From positions 246,655 to 310,654 of the IMG/VR virus record IMGVR_UViG_3300047472_000309: DNA of 64,000 bases; one strand, written 5' to 3'. The notes under the pieces were generated by a model. It ran no database searches and was not told where the DNA came from. It worked only from the letters and a program-made list of their open reading frames with translations. Position numbers and translations under genes: made by a program. The stretch's first letter is position 1. Each line of letters starts with the position of its first letter. This document shows, piece by piece, positions 20,109 through 29,360 of this stretch.

Positions 20109-21218
20109 TCAGAACGACGGGGCGTTGCCGAGCTGGTACGCTTTCAGGATCTCGCCGATGTCCGGACCGTCGCCCTTGGTGGCTTGCTTGAGCGCCTTAA
20201 AGGGCAGGCTCGTCACTTCCGGGAGCGAACGGTGGTAGAACGTCACGCGATCCCACTGCGGATCGAGCACGGCCACGATCATCAGCGAGGTTTCCTTGAA
20301 GAGCTTCTCGCGCACCGCGAAGTTGCTGAACTTGGCGCTGATTTCGAGCTCCAACTGGGCGATCGTATTGGTCGAGGTGATCACCATATTGGAGGCGGTC
20401 GCCACCGACGGGTTGCCCGACAGAATCGCCGACAGTTGGTTGCCGCGCTGGCGCTTGATGATGCTTGCGTAGGTGCCGTCGTCGCTCATCAGGTGCTTCT
20501 TGTGCGCGTCGATCAGGTCCAGACACAGCAGGAAATCACGGAAGAATTCGATGCGACCGGCACGCCACGCATGGTAACGCTCCTTCATACTCGTCGACTG
20601 CTTGTTGCCAAGGCTAAGAATATGAACCAGGGCTTCTGTGGGCGTATCGATTGCGATCAGTCGCAACGCCACCGGAATGATCCCCTTTTGACCGTTGTCG
20701 CTGATTTCCACGGACAGCATCTTGCCCACGGAGAGGCTCGCCACTTCCTTGGCTTCCTTGATCGCGTCCTTACCGACGCCGACGCCGTCTTCCAGCGCGA
20801 CTTGCTTGCCGAAGGCGGGCAGCGCATCTTTGTAGCTTTCTTGCGAGAGCATCGAGATGGCGCCCGCAGCGTTTCCGGCGATGTTGCCCCACAGGTTACC
20901 TGCGGTGCCGCTCGTGATCGGATCACGGCTGGGGTTAAACTTGTCCAACGTGGCCATCACGTTGACATTGCCGATGTGGGCCGAGAGGGCGATCGCTTGC
21001 AGGTAGTAACCCGCAAACATCGACTGCAAGGCTTGCATGGCATCGTACGTAGCGTCATGGTACAGCACGTCGGCGTCGACCAGGCAAAGCGGTTCCACGC
21101 GAGCGGGTTTGCTGTATTCGACAAGCGAATCCGCACGCATGGCAGCGACTGCGCCGATGGCGTCACGGATAGCGTTGATACCGATGCTTGCACCGGCGAC
21201 TGCGGCGAGTCCGGTCAT
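20109..21218 (-). CDS. Inner-body protein (phiKZ gp89-like)
   Basis: 369 aa; SLVEYSKPARVEP; SQE/ALE processing sites; synteny. Confidence 0.65.
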   Translation of the reverse strand: MTGLAAVAGASIGINAIRDAIGAVAAMRADSLVEYSKPARVEPLCLVDADVLYHDATYDAMQALQSMFAGYYLQAIALSAHIGNVNVMATLDKFNPSRDPITSGTAGNLWGNIAGNAAGAISMLSQESYKDALPAFGKQVALEDGVGVGKDAIKEAKEVASLSVGKMLSVEISDNGQKGIIPVALRLIAIDTPTEALVHILSLGNKQSTSMKERYHAWRAGRIEFFRDFLLCLDLIDAHKKHLMSDDGTYASIIKRQRGNQLSAILSGNPSVATASNMVITSTNTIAQLELEISAKFSNFAVREKLFKETSLMIVAVLDPQWDRVTFYHRSLPEVTSLPFKALKQATKGDGPDIGEILKAYQLGNAPSF

Positions 21219-21249
21219 GATTTTCCTTCTTTCAGATTAAGGTTTTCAA

Positions 21250-22386
21250 ATGGCTGATCCATACAACATAACTGTAGACGACATCCTGACGGCGGCCTCA
21301 ACTGGTCAATCCGTTTCCGATATGGTCGATCGAGTTTTCCAACTTGGACCGGCAGGCTCGTTTGATACAGCCATTGGTAACACCGTGTTCGGGCTGAACC
21401 ATCGGCAACAACCTCCGGCGATCCTCAGCAATCGTGACCATTACGGGTATACGTTCTTTACGCGCCCCCGCATGAACATGACTGATGAGAACCTTCGGAC
21501 ACAGCGTCGCTTTGGTCCACTGCTTTCGCAGCGGGATTACAGCTGGCAACGCGCCGTGCGCTGCACGCTTGATCCCGAGCTCGCCTGGGCAGACACGCCT
21601 GTGACGTGTTCGCTGGTGGACCGACAACAAGCGTTCATACCAATTCTCTCGAACACCCTCCTGTCCATGTCCGGGTGGCCGGACCTGGAAGCCCAGACAT
21701 TCACCGCGCATGAAGGCATATACAAGGAGTCCTTCAGCATCGTGGATAGCGTGGTCGACAGGTATGAGACATACGATATAACCGCCAGTTTCCGGAACCT
21801 GCCGGGCGATCCGATCACGCTCATGATGTTGTCGTGGCTCTTTTACGAGTCGTATGTCTACCTCGGCGAGATCGTGCCGTACCCGGACATGCTGATCAAT
21901 AACGAGATCGATTACCAGACCCGGATCTATCGCCTGGTGATGGACCCGGATAAGCGGCGCGTGCAAGGCATTGCCGCGTGTGGCGCAGGCTTTCCGGTGA
22001 CCTGTCCGATTGGGGCGAAGTTTAACTTCGAATCCGATCAACCGTTGAATAAGAACATGGACCAGATCAGCATCACGTTTCGCTGTGCGGGGGCCATGTA
22101 CAACGACGACATCCTGATTGACGAATTCAACCGGACGCAGGCGCTGCACAACAACAACATGCACCCGAGTAACTTCTCGGGCTATGGCCAGAATACGACC
22201 AATCCGAATTATCGGCTGCTGCAGCTTAACGAGGTGGAGCTCTTTAACCACACGGGCTATCCGCGCATCGACCCGGTCACCTACGAGCTGCAATGGTGGG
22301 TCGATAAGACCACCTATGGCCGCATGCTGCCGACACTGAATTACCAGCAGGGGTTGATTCAACACCTCGCTTCCCCGACGAGCTAA
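21250..22386 (+). CDS. Virion protein, tail-tube-like baseplate component (phiKZ gp88-like)
   Basis: 378 aa; YTFFTRPRMN and ISITFRC; divergent from the head block as in phiKZ. Confidence 0.6.
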   Translation: MADPYNITVDDILTAASTGQSVSDMVDRVFQLGPAGSFDTAIGNTVFGLNHRQQPPAILSNRDHYGYTFFTRPRMNMTDENLRTQRRFGPLLSQRDYSWQRAVRCTLDPELAWADTPVTCSLVDRQQAFIPILSNTLLSMSGWPDLEAQTFTAHEGIYKESFSIVDSVVDRYETYDITASFRNLPGDPITLMMLSWLFYESYVYLGEIVPYPDMLINNEIDYQTRIYRLVMDPDKRRVQGIAACGAGFPVTCPIGAKFNFESDQPLNKNMDQISITFRCAGAMYNDDILIDEFNRTQALHNNNMHPSNFSGYGQNTTNPNYRLLQLNEVELFNHTGYPRIDPVTYELQWWVDKTTYGRMLPTLNYQQGLIQHLASPTS

Positions 22387-22397
22387 AGGAATAGAAC

Positions 22398-25307
22398 ATG
22401 GCTGCAACCATCAGCGCATTGCTCTCGAACATGCAGAACTACCAGAATAACCCTGCGTTGATTCAGCAGGACATTCTGGACCATCTGGATATAGTTACCA
22501 GCGGTGGCGTCAATATCGTCGATCCGTCCAACCCCTTTGTGTTCGGGCTGGAGTCAGCGACCGTGTGTACCGCGGGCATGATGAGTAAGAGCGATACCAA
22601 TACGCGGCGTCAGTATCCGCAATTGGCGCAAACCCCTGAAGACCTGTATTACCACATGTCGGACTGGGATTACATCAACCGCTTTGCTGCCCCCTCGGTG
22701 GCGCTCTTTTCCTTCATCTTCGATAAGGATGAGCTGATCTCCAAGTTGGTGACCGATCCGACGACCGGGGTGTCGCAGATCGTGATCCCGCGCAATACGG
22801 TGGTGATGATTTCGGGTGTGCAGTTCAGTCTGCAGTATCCGATCGTGATTCGCCAGATGCAACACGGTGGTTTGAATGTGACGTACGACGGCAGCCAGCC
22901 GTCGCCGTTGCAGGAACTGACCTCCAACGTGATCGACTGGGAAATCCGTACGGTCAATGGCACGAACTGGCTCTTCTTTGATGTGCCGCTCTATCAGTTC
23001 AATATCCTGTCCACGCAGCAAGGGGTGTCGCTCGCCACCAAGTGGCAGACCACGATCAGCTTTAGCGATCAGTTCTACTACGCTCGGGTGTGGGCGGAAA
23101 ATAGCGACGGCACCTGGAGCGAGCTGGTCACGACGCATTCGATCGAGGTCTACGATCCGACCACGCCAACCGCAGTCCTGCAAGTGGTGAACCAGACGCT
23201 CACGGTCACGATTCCGCAGATCTACATCACCAGTGGTCAGGTAAAGACGTCAGTGCGGGTGGACCTGTATCAGACCAAGGGCGACATCAACATGGATCTG
23301 TCGTCGTACCCGCAAAGCGCCTATTCGGCGAACTGGCTGGCCATCGATGCGAATGACAATCTGCCGACGAACTTCTCGGCGCCGCTGAAGGGCTTTAACC
23401 AGCTGGCGATCTGGTCCAATGATCGGACCGTGGATGGGAATAACGGCTTGACCTTCAGTCAGTTGCGCCAGCGCGTGATGACGAATTCAACTGGCGCGCA
23501 AAACCTGCCGATCACCAACGTACAGGTACAAGCCGCCTTGCAGAACATCGGCTACGATGTGGTCGAGAATGTGGACAACATCACCAACAGGGTGTTCTTG
23601 GCGACGCGCGCCATGCCGGACCCGACCAACCCGGCTTTGATTACGTCCGCGGCGGCTTCGATCGAGACGCTCTCGACGACGCTCACAGCGCTGACCACGC
23701 TCGAGTCAGTGATCAATAACGGTAACTCGCTCACAATCACACCGGACACCATCTACCAGAGCACCAGTGGGGTGGTGAGTGCGGTACCGACCGCTGCAGT
23801 GAAAGCCTTGCTGGCGCTACCGCCCGATCAACGGGCACTGGCTGTCACCAAAGGACAGTACTTCTACTCCCCCTGGCATTACGTGCTGGATAACACGGGG
23901 CCGGAGTTTGAGGTGCGACCCTACTATCTGGATGCGCCGGTGGCGGACACAACCTTCTTCGTCTCGGAGAATGACACGACGCTCTTGCAGGTGAGCACCA
24001 AGAGCTACCAGATCACCAAGAACACGGATGGCTCAGGCTATACGCTCACGATCAGCACGTCGTCCAATGATGGCTGGAAGGCGCTGGCCGATGACAAGGT
24101 GTATGTGCAGTTGGCCTATATCCCGGAAGGCGAGAGCGGCTATGCTTACCTGATGGGCACACTGGTGGGTACCAATACCAGCACCAACGAGCGGACCTTC
24201 TCGTTTGATCTGTCGTCGAACTTCAATGTCGACTCCAACGACATGTTGCAGTTGAAGAAGTTCCTGATGTACACGACTGATCCGATGCTCACCGCCTGTA
24301 GTCTCACGCAAACGTTCGACATTCTGTACGCAGCGGACGCGGTGATGGATACCCAGTGGAAGCCAGGCGAGATTGATGCGATGCTCGGCATGTTCCTCTT
24401 GCCTGCCACGGTAGTGGGCGTGACGCACGAGCAAGTGCGAGTGAAGTTCGGTTCGTCGTTGACCACGCTCTGGGCTTCGACGCGCACGGTGAATGATGCA
24501 GTCACCTATCGGACCTGGCCGATGGATGTGCTCTCGTACTACACGAACGATGTGTATGGCGACCCGGCCGTGACGATCGTCAATGGTCAGGTGGTACAGA
24601 ACATCGTGCACCATGCAGGCGACCCGGTGATTAATCCGGCGACTGGCCAGCAAGTCTTGTTGCACGCGGCGGGCGATGTGATGAAGGACGTGGACGGCAA
24701 GCCGATTCCGATCGGCACGCAAGACACCCTGCGTCAGATTGACCTGATGTTGCTGGAAGGCGTGTACTGGTTCGCGACCGATGCGATTGCCACGGGCTAC
24801 CGCACTGAGCTGGTGGATACAGTGCTCGCCTGGCTGACGGAAGACTTGGTGAGCTTCCAGGCGAAGTTGCTGGAACAGACGCGCATCTACTTCTATCCGA
24901 AGGCGACCACAGGGAACATCAACGTGATGATCAACGGGGGCTTGAAAACCACCGTGGCAGCCGGTCAGTCGTTTAAGGTCACGCTCTACGTTCCGGCTTC
25001 GGTCTACAGCAACAGCGATCTGCAAAATCAACTGGTCAAGACCACGATCAGTACGATCTCGGCGCAGCTGGAGAATGCGACCGTTGCTGATTCGGCGCTG
25101 AAGGTAGCGCTGATGAAGATCTACGGCGAGGATGTGATTGACTGTGAAGTTTCGGGTCTGGGTGGCTCGGCTTCGATCTCGGTGATGACCGTGATTGATG
25201 CGTCGAATAAGTTGAGCATTCGTAAGCGGCTCTTTGCCCAGTCGGATAACAGTCTGATCGTACAGGAAGACGTGAGCGTCAGCTTCATTCAACACCAGCT
25301 GAGCTAA
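22398..25307 (+). CDS. Large baseplate (wedge-like) virion protein (phiKZ gp87-like)
   Basis: 969-aa beta-rich protein; DPSNPFVFGLES and IPRNTVV..GVQFSL resemble baseplate J/gp6 proteins. Confidence 0.6.
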   Translation: MAATISALLSNMQNYQNNPALIQQDILDHLDIVTSGGVNIVDPSNPFVFGLESATVCTAGMMSKSDTNTRRQYPQLAQTPEDLYYHMSDWDYINRFAAPSVALFSFIFDKDELISKLVTDPTTGVSQIVIPRNTVVMISGVQFSLQYPIVIRQMQHGGLNVTYDGSQPSPLQELTSNVIDWEIRTVNGTNWLFFDVPLYQFNILSTQQGVSLATKWQTTISFSDQFYYARVWAENSDGTWSELVTTHSIEVYDPTTPTAVLQVVNQTLTVTIPQIYITSGQVKTSVRVDLYQTKGDINMDLSSYPQSAYSANWLAIDANDNLPTNFSAPLKGFNQLAIWSNDRTVDGNNGLTFSQLRQRVMTNSTGAQNLPITNVQVQAALQNIGYDVVENVDNITNRVFLATRAMPDPTNPALITSAAASIETLSTTLTALTTLESVINNGNSLTITPDTIYQSTSGVVSAVPTAAVKALLALPPDQRALAVTKGQYFYSPWHYVLDNTGPEFEVRPYYLDAPVADTTFFVSENDTTLLQVSTKSYQITKNTDGSGYTLTISTSSNDGWKALADDKVYVQLAYIPEGESGYAYLMGTLVGTNTSTNERTFSFDLSSNFNVDSNDMLQLKKFLMYTTDPMLTACSLTQTFDILYAADAVMDTQWKPGEIDAMLGMFLLPATVVGVTHEQVRVKFGSSLTTLWASTRTVNDAVTYRTWPMDVLSYYTNDVYGDPAVTIVNGQVVQNIVHHAGDPVINPATGQQVLLHAAGDVMKDVDGKPIPIGTQDTLRQIDLMLLEGVYWFATDAIATGYRTELVDTVLAWLTEDLVSFQAKLLEQTRIYFYPKATTGNINVMINGGLKTTVAAGQSFKVTLYVPASVYSNSDLQNQLVKTTISTISAQLENATVADSALKVALMKIYGEDVIDCEVSGLGGSASISVMTVIDASNKLSIRKRLFAQSDNSLIVQEDVSVSFIQHQLS

Positions 25308-25308
25308 C

Positions 25309-25593
25309 ATGGATACGGAACTCAAACCGGTATTCGTGACACGGATGCCTCCTGAGCTGGAGCAGGGCGTGTTGTATGTGTCAGAGGAGTACGAGCTCGC
25401 CATCCATCTGTGTGCGTGCGGATGGTGCAAGCAAAAGACCGTGACCCCGTTCAAAGACTTCCCGAACGATCGCGGCTGGACCTACACACGGGACGCAGAG
25501 GACCGCGTAACGTTGCATCCGTCCATTGGTAATTTCCAGATGCCTTGCAAGTCGCACTATTGGGTGCGGGAGAACAAGATCGTCTGGTGTTAA
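25309..25593 (+). CDS. DUF6527-like small Cys/His protein
   Basis: LYVSEEY..AIHLCACG.C...VTP...W...VTLHPSIGN...CKSHYWVR.NKIVWC. Confidence 0.7.
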   Translation: MDTELKPVFVTRMPPELEQGVLYVSEEYELAIHLCACGWCKQKTVTPFKDFPNDRGWTYTRDAEDRVTLHPSIGNFQMPCKSHYWVRENKIVWC

Positions 25594-25633
25594 CGGCATA
25601 AGGCCCAGGGGTTTCCCCCTGGGCTCTATGACG
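25594..25633. terminator. Bidirectional hairpin terminator between convergent genes
   Basis: GGCATA..GCCCAGGGG-TTTC-CCCCTGGGC..CTATGAC. Confidence 0.7.
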
Positions 25634-25636
25634 CGT

Positions 25637-27154
25637 TTACGAGGCTTTGAAGAGGTTCTTCACCGTACTGGCAGCATGGCGTTGCCGCATGCGATCAGCC
25701 TGCTTAGCGAGCGCCTGGATGGCTTCTGGAGCCTTGCTGTCATGCGAGGACACTTCGAGGTCACGATAGATCGCCACCGCGAGCCGATAAGCAAAACCGG
25801 TCACCCGTGCCGCCATGGTTTCCACGATGGAACGGTACGCATTCATGCGGTTAGCAATCATCGAAAGATCCCGCACATCCTGACGCACCGAATCCAGTGC
25901 TTCCCGCATTTCAGAGGCCATCGAATGCTCAGGCATGCCTTCTGCGCCATCGGTCAAGATATTGCCAATCCCAACTTCGAGCAGATCCAGCCACTTTTCG
26001 ATGGTGAGCAACCGGAAGGCGACATCCCGGCCGGTTTCGATCAACTTCTTGGTCGGCCCGGTGGAAAGGGCTTGAGCCATCGAAGCAAACACCATCTCAA
26101 AGGAGAGCGCTAGGTGCGGCTCCCCCTCACTGGCTTGCAGGTAGATGTGGTTATAGTTCGAGGCCACATCCTGCAAGCTCATCTGGCGACCCTGAAAGCC
26201 CACTTGGACGCGCTGGTTCAGCACATCCAGCGTGCGACCTGCGACGAGCTGATCAGCAAAGGAGGTCGAGCCTTTGTTAGCCAACACGCCCGAGAGTGCG
26301 GTGGCTTTCTGGTTCATCACCGAGAGCGCTTGCTCCATGGTGTCCACCAGCGCTTCGGTGGCTTGGGACCACGGACCACTATCGACGATGTCGTGAAAGA
26401 TCGGATTGCGACCTTCCATGAACTGGCGCACTTCGTCACTGGCTTCGGTGTCGTACAGATAGTGCGCCACCAGCTTATCGAAGTCACTGACATGCTGGGT
26501 CTGGCCGTGCTGGTCTTTCAGATCGACGCCACGCTTGATTTCCTTTACCGCGGCCGAGGCGAGGCTCTTGAGCTCTTCCAGATCCTTGACGATCTCGTCA
26601 GTGCGGTACTCCTGTTGCTTGGCGGACTGAGTGACTTCCGCCATGATCTGCTCATTGGACTTGCTCATGAGCTTTTCGTTCGGGTCACGCGAACCCACGA
26701 TCCAGAGCACGAAGCGGCGGATCATTTCGCGAATCCGTCGAATCAGATCGGCGAAGGTGCTCTTAAGCTTATCCCACAGCGACTCCATCGCAGGCTTGTA
26801 GCGCGTGAGGGTGGTCGACTTGCTGTAATAGTTCAGATGCTTATTGCCGTCGAACTCGGGGTAAAGACGCTTGGCTTCCTGCGCCAAAGACTGGTTCATA
26901 CCGCCGACCTTTCTCAGGTCGGCGAGTACGTACTGGAGGTCTTCCAGGCAGGCGGAGTCCGCCGCGATGATCCTCAGGTCGTCTTTGAGCTCGGGCACTT
27001 CGCCCGGCACCACTTCCTTAAAGATGTCATGTGCGGTGAGCTCATCCATGACATTCACCGCAGGCAAAGACTTCACCTCGATGGTGTCATCGCCAAGCGT
27101 TGCTTCTTCGTCGAGTTCGACCCCGTGATTGAGGCCGAATTCCGACAGGTCCAT
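25637..27154 (-). CDS. Head/inner-body protein (phiKZ gp86-like)
   Basis: Acidic N-terminus, AME|SLWDKLK processing site, amphipathic helix. Confidence 0.65.
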   Translation of the reverse strand: MDLSEFGLNHGVELDEEATLGDDTIEVKSLPAVNVMDELTAHDIFKEVVPGEVPELKDDLRIIAADSACLEDLQYVLADLRKVGGMNQSLAQEAKRLYPEFDGNKHLNYYSKSTTLTRYKPAMESLWDKLKSTFADLIRRIREMIRRFVLWIVGSRDPNEKLMSKSNEQIMAEVTQSAKQQEYRTDEIVKDLEELKSLASAAVKEIKRGVDLKDQHGQTQHVSDFDKLVAHYLYDTEASDEVRQFMEGRNPIFHDIVDSGPWSQATEALVDTMEQALSVMNQKATALSGVLANKGSTSFADQLVAGRTLDVLNQRVQVGFQGRQMSLQDVASNYNHIYLQASEGEPHLALSFEMVFASMAQALSTGPTKKLIETGRDVAFRLLTIEKWLDLLEVGIGNILTDGAEGMPEHSMASEMREALDSVRQDVRDLSMIANRMNAYRSIVETMAARVTGFAYRLAVAIYRDLEVSSHDSKAPEAIQALAKQADRMRQRHAASTVKNLFKAS

Positions 27155-27609
27155 TACGCGTGCTCCGTCACCGTGATGATGGTCATTGCTTCGCGCACGA
27201 GATTGAAGATCTCGTCCTTGTGGTCGTTGACGAACTGGTGCATGTCGTCAGCCAACCACAGCGTCGCACCGGCCCAGCAATCGACGAAGCCGAGCTTGGC
27301 TTCCACGTTATACTGCAGGCCCGGATAAGCCGCCGAGTAACGCAACAACCAGAAGGCGCGCATGGCTTCACGGCAGTAGCGTGTGTCGAACACCACTTCT
27401 TCGTTGAAGTCCGCGATGTAGTTCGAAGCACCCAGCGCCACTTGGGTGAGGAAGTAGTTGCTCGGTTCGACTTCGAGCGCGAGCGAGGGCAGGCTCAGCT
27501 TGTTGGCAATCGCGATACCGACGGCTGCGCCGATAATCTTGCCACGCTCGCTCGGGTCCTTGATGTAGGTGTCAGCGTAGCGGGAGAAGCCCAGAAACTT
27601 GATGTCCAT
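27154..27609 (-). CDS. Virion protein (phiKZ gp85-like)
   Basis: 151 aa; TAATG-coupled to the downstream gene. Confidence 0.6.
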   Translation of the reverse strand: MDIKFLGFSRYADTYIKDPSERGKIIGAAVGIAIANKLSLPSLALEVEPSNYFLTQVALGASNYIADFNEEVVFDTRYCREAMRAFWLLRYSAAYPGLQYNVEAKLGFVDCWAGATLWLADDMHQFVNDHKDEIFNLVREAMTIITVTEHA

Positions 27610-27633
27610 GTTATTCAGTCCAATGACAGAGGG

Positions 27634-28947
27634 TTAAAACAGTGCCTTGAGTTCCGCTGACTTGACAAACAAGTCATTGGCGGCGAGGGTTTCCAGTTCT
27701 TGCTGGAGCTTCTCTTGCTTCAGACGATTGCGCTTCTCGCCCGAGAGGAAGTTGCCGAGGATGTCAAAAAGCTGGAAGCGATCCTTCACGGTGGCCAGCA
27801 GCTTGTCCACGGCGACGATGTCTTCCTTGATGCGCACGGCCAGTTCCTTGGCGAGATCGCGGTCTTTCAGTTGCTCGACGAGCTGATCGCGAATGCGCTT
27901 CAGACGCACGCCTGGTCGATCGTAGATCGGGTCACCCGGACCATCAGCGCAGATCCAGGCCCAGAGAAAGAAGATCGGCACCAGGATGGCGCCGACCAGC
28001 GGCGTCACAGCCATCCAGAGCGTACCCAGCAGCATCAGCACCTTGACGGATTCCAGCATCACGTACATGCCGGTGGAGCGCACCGAGATGTCGCCCACCA
28101 GATGGTGGACCTTGTCCAGCGACGTGATGAGATCGCGCTGCGCACCATGGCGGGCAGCGAACTGGTCAGCGAGCTGCTCCCAGTTGTTGAAGTCGTAGAG
28201 TTCCGAGCCGATTTCCGAGCGCGCATTCTTGGTGATTTCCTGGATGATCACCACGGTGGCGGTTTTGCCACCTGCGCTTTGAGCGAGCTCCTTCATGGCA
28301 GTCTCGTCCAGGTTCAGTGCCCGTGCCGCCGAGATGAGGACGAGTTCGCGATCACCCACGTCGGTGCTTTCGTCCAGCCCCTTGGCTACCCCGGCGAGCA
28401 CCTGGTTGGTGGTCACCGAATGCCACAGGTATTCAAAGCCCGTGAAGAGATGGCCGAGCTCATGCAGGGTAATCGCCGAGAGTTCGGCAGCGGTAAAGCC
28501 GCCACCAGCAAACTTGCCCGAGACCCACCAGTCCGACATATTCACGAGACACTCCATCTCGCTGAAGACGCCCGTTACCGTGCTCTTGGCCAGGTTCACC
28601 GAACCGCGGATCGCACCACCCGCTTTCTCGATCATCTTGAGCGAGGGAGCATTGGTGTACCATTCACGATACACGTTGTGAATCAGCGGGTTGTTCTTGT
28701 CGACCGTCGGGGGCAGGCAGTAAGCACCGCCGTCGTCCATCGTAAACTTGACCTTGATGCCGGTGCGCTTAAAGAGCAGGTCTTCGATCGCGATGGCTTC
28801 TTTCGAGGCAGCCATTGCTTTGGTGTCGAGCTTTTTCATCGCCTCGTAGAGGGCGGTGAGCTCTTTGTGCAGACTGTCGTCCTGGAACTCGATCATCTCG
28901 AGTGCGGCCTGATTTTTGACCGTCAAAAGTTGAGATTGACTCTTCAT
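27634..28947 (-). CDS. Virion protein with a HExxH zinc-metallopeptidase motif and a TM hairpin (phiKZ gp83/84-like)
   Basis: ELSAITLHELGH, EQLADQFA, hydrophobic segment, N-terminal ALE site. Confidence 0.65.
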   Translation of the reverse strand: MKSQSQLLTVKNQAALEMIEFQDDSLHKELTALYEAMKKLDTKAMAASKEAIAIEDLLFKRTGIKVKFTMDDGGAYCLPPTVDKNNPLIHNVYREWYTNAPSLKMIEKAGGAIRGSVNLAKSTVTGVFSEMECLVNMSDWWVSGKFAGGGFTAAELSAITLHELGHLFTGFEYLWHSVTTNQVLAGVAKGLDESTDVGDRELVLISAARALNLDETAMKELAQSAGGKTATVVIIQEITKNARSEIGSELYDFNNWEQLADQFAARHGAQRDLITSLDKVHHLVGDISVRSTGMYVMLESVKVLMLLGTLWMAVTPLVGAILVPIFFLWAWICADGPGDPIYDRPGVRLKRIRDQLVEQLKDRDLAKELAVRIKEDIVAVDKLLATVKDRFQLFDILGNFLSGEKRNRLKQEKLQQELETLAANDLFVKSAELKALF

Positions 28948-29042
28948 GATTTCCCTAGGGTGATTTCATCAATAATCAGAAAATACCGAAGGCGGCCATC
29001 TTCTGACGTGAATGTCATAGAAATGAAGCCGCCGGAGCGAAC

Positions 29043-29360
29043 ATGCTACAAATGTTGTTGGAATGGCTGCGTAGTCTGCCACTGGATCAGTGCAATGCCT
29101 GTCTGGAACTCGCGGGGGCGGGGCTTCGGATGCTGGACTGTTACCGGCTCTACCAGGCCAAGCGATTCGTAGGAGGATCGATTTTTACAGCCCTATTCTT
29201 TTTTGGCTGGGGCATGTTCAATGTGGTGTATTACCCGTCGTTGCACCAGGTCTACAGCTTTGCGGCAGCCATTGCGCTGACGGCTGTGAACGGTCTGTGG
29301 ATTGTGATGGCGGTGTTTTATAATTGGCGTTACAACAAACAACAGGGTCTAACAGCATGA
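29043..29360 (+). CDS. Small multi-pass membrane protein (PQ-loop/SemiSWEET-like)
   Basis: About 3 hydrophobic helices in 105 aa; ATGA overlap with the polymerase gene. Confidence 0.55.
   Translation: MLQMLLEWLRSLPLDQCNACLELAGAGLRMLDCYRLYQAKRFVGGSIFTALFFFGWGMFNVVYYPSLHQVYSFAAAIALTAVNGLWIVMAVFYNWRYNKQQGLTA

Noticed and set aside
19194-21257. 687-aa plus-strand ORF (and similar long antisense ORFs at 24033, 27700, 42424, 52918, 58278)
   Set aside because: Shadow ORFs opposite well-supported genes
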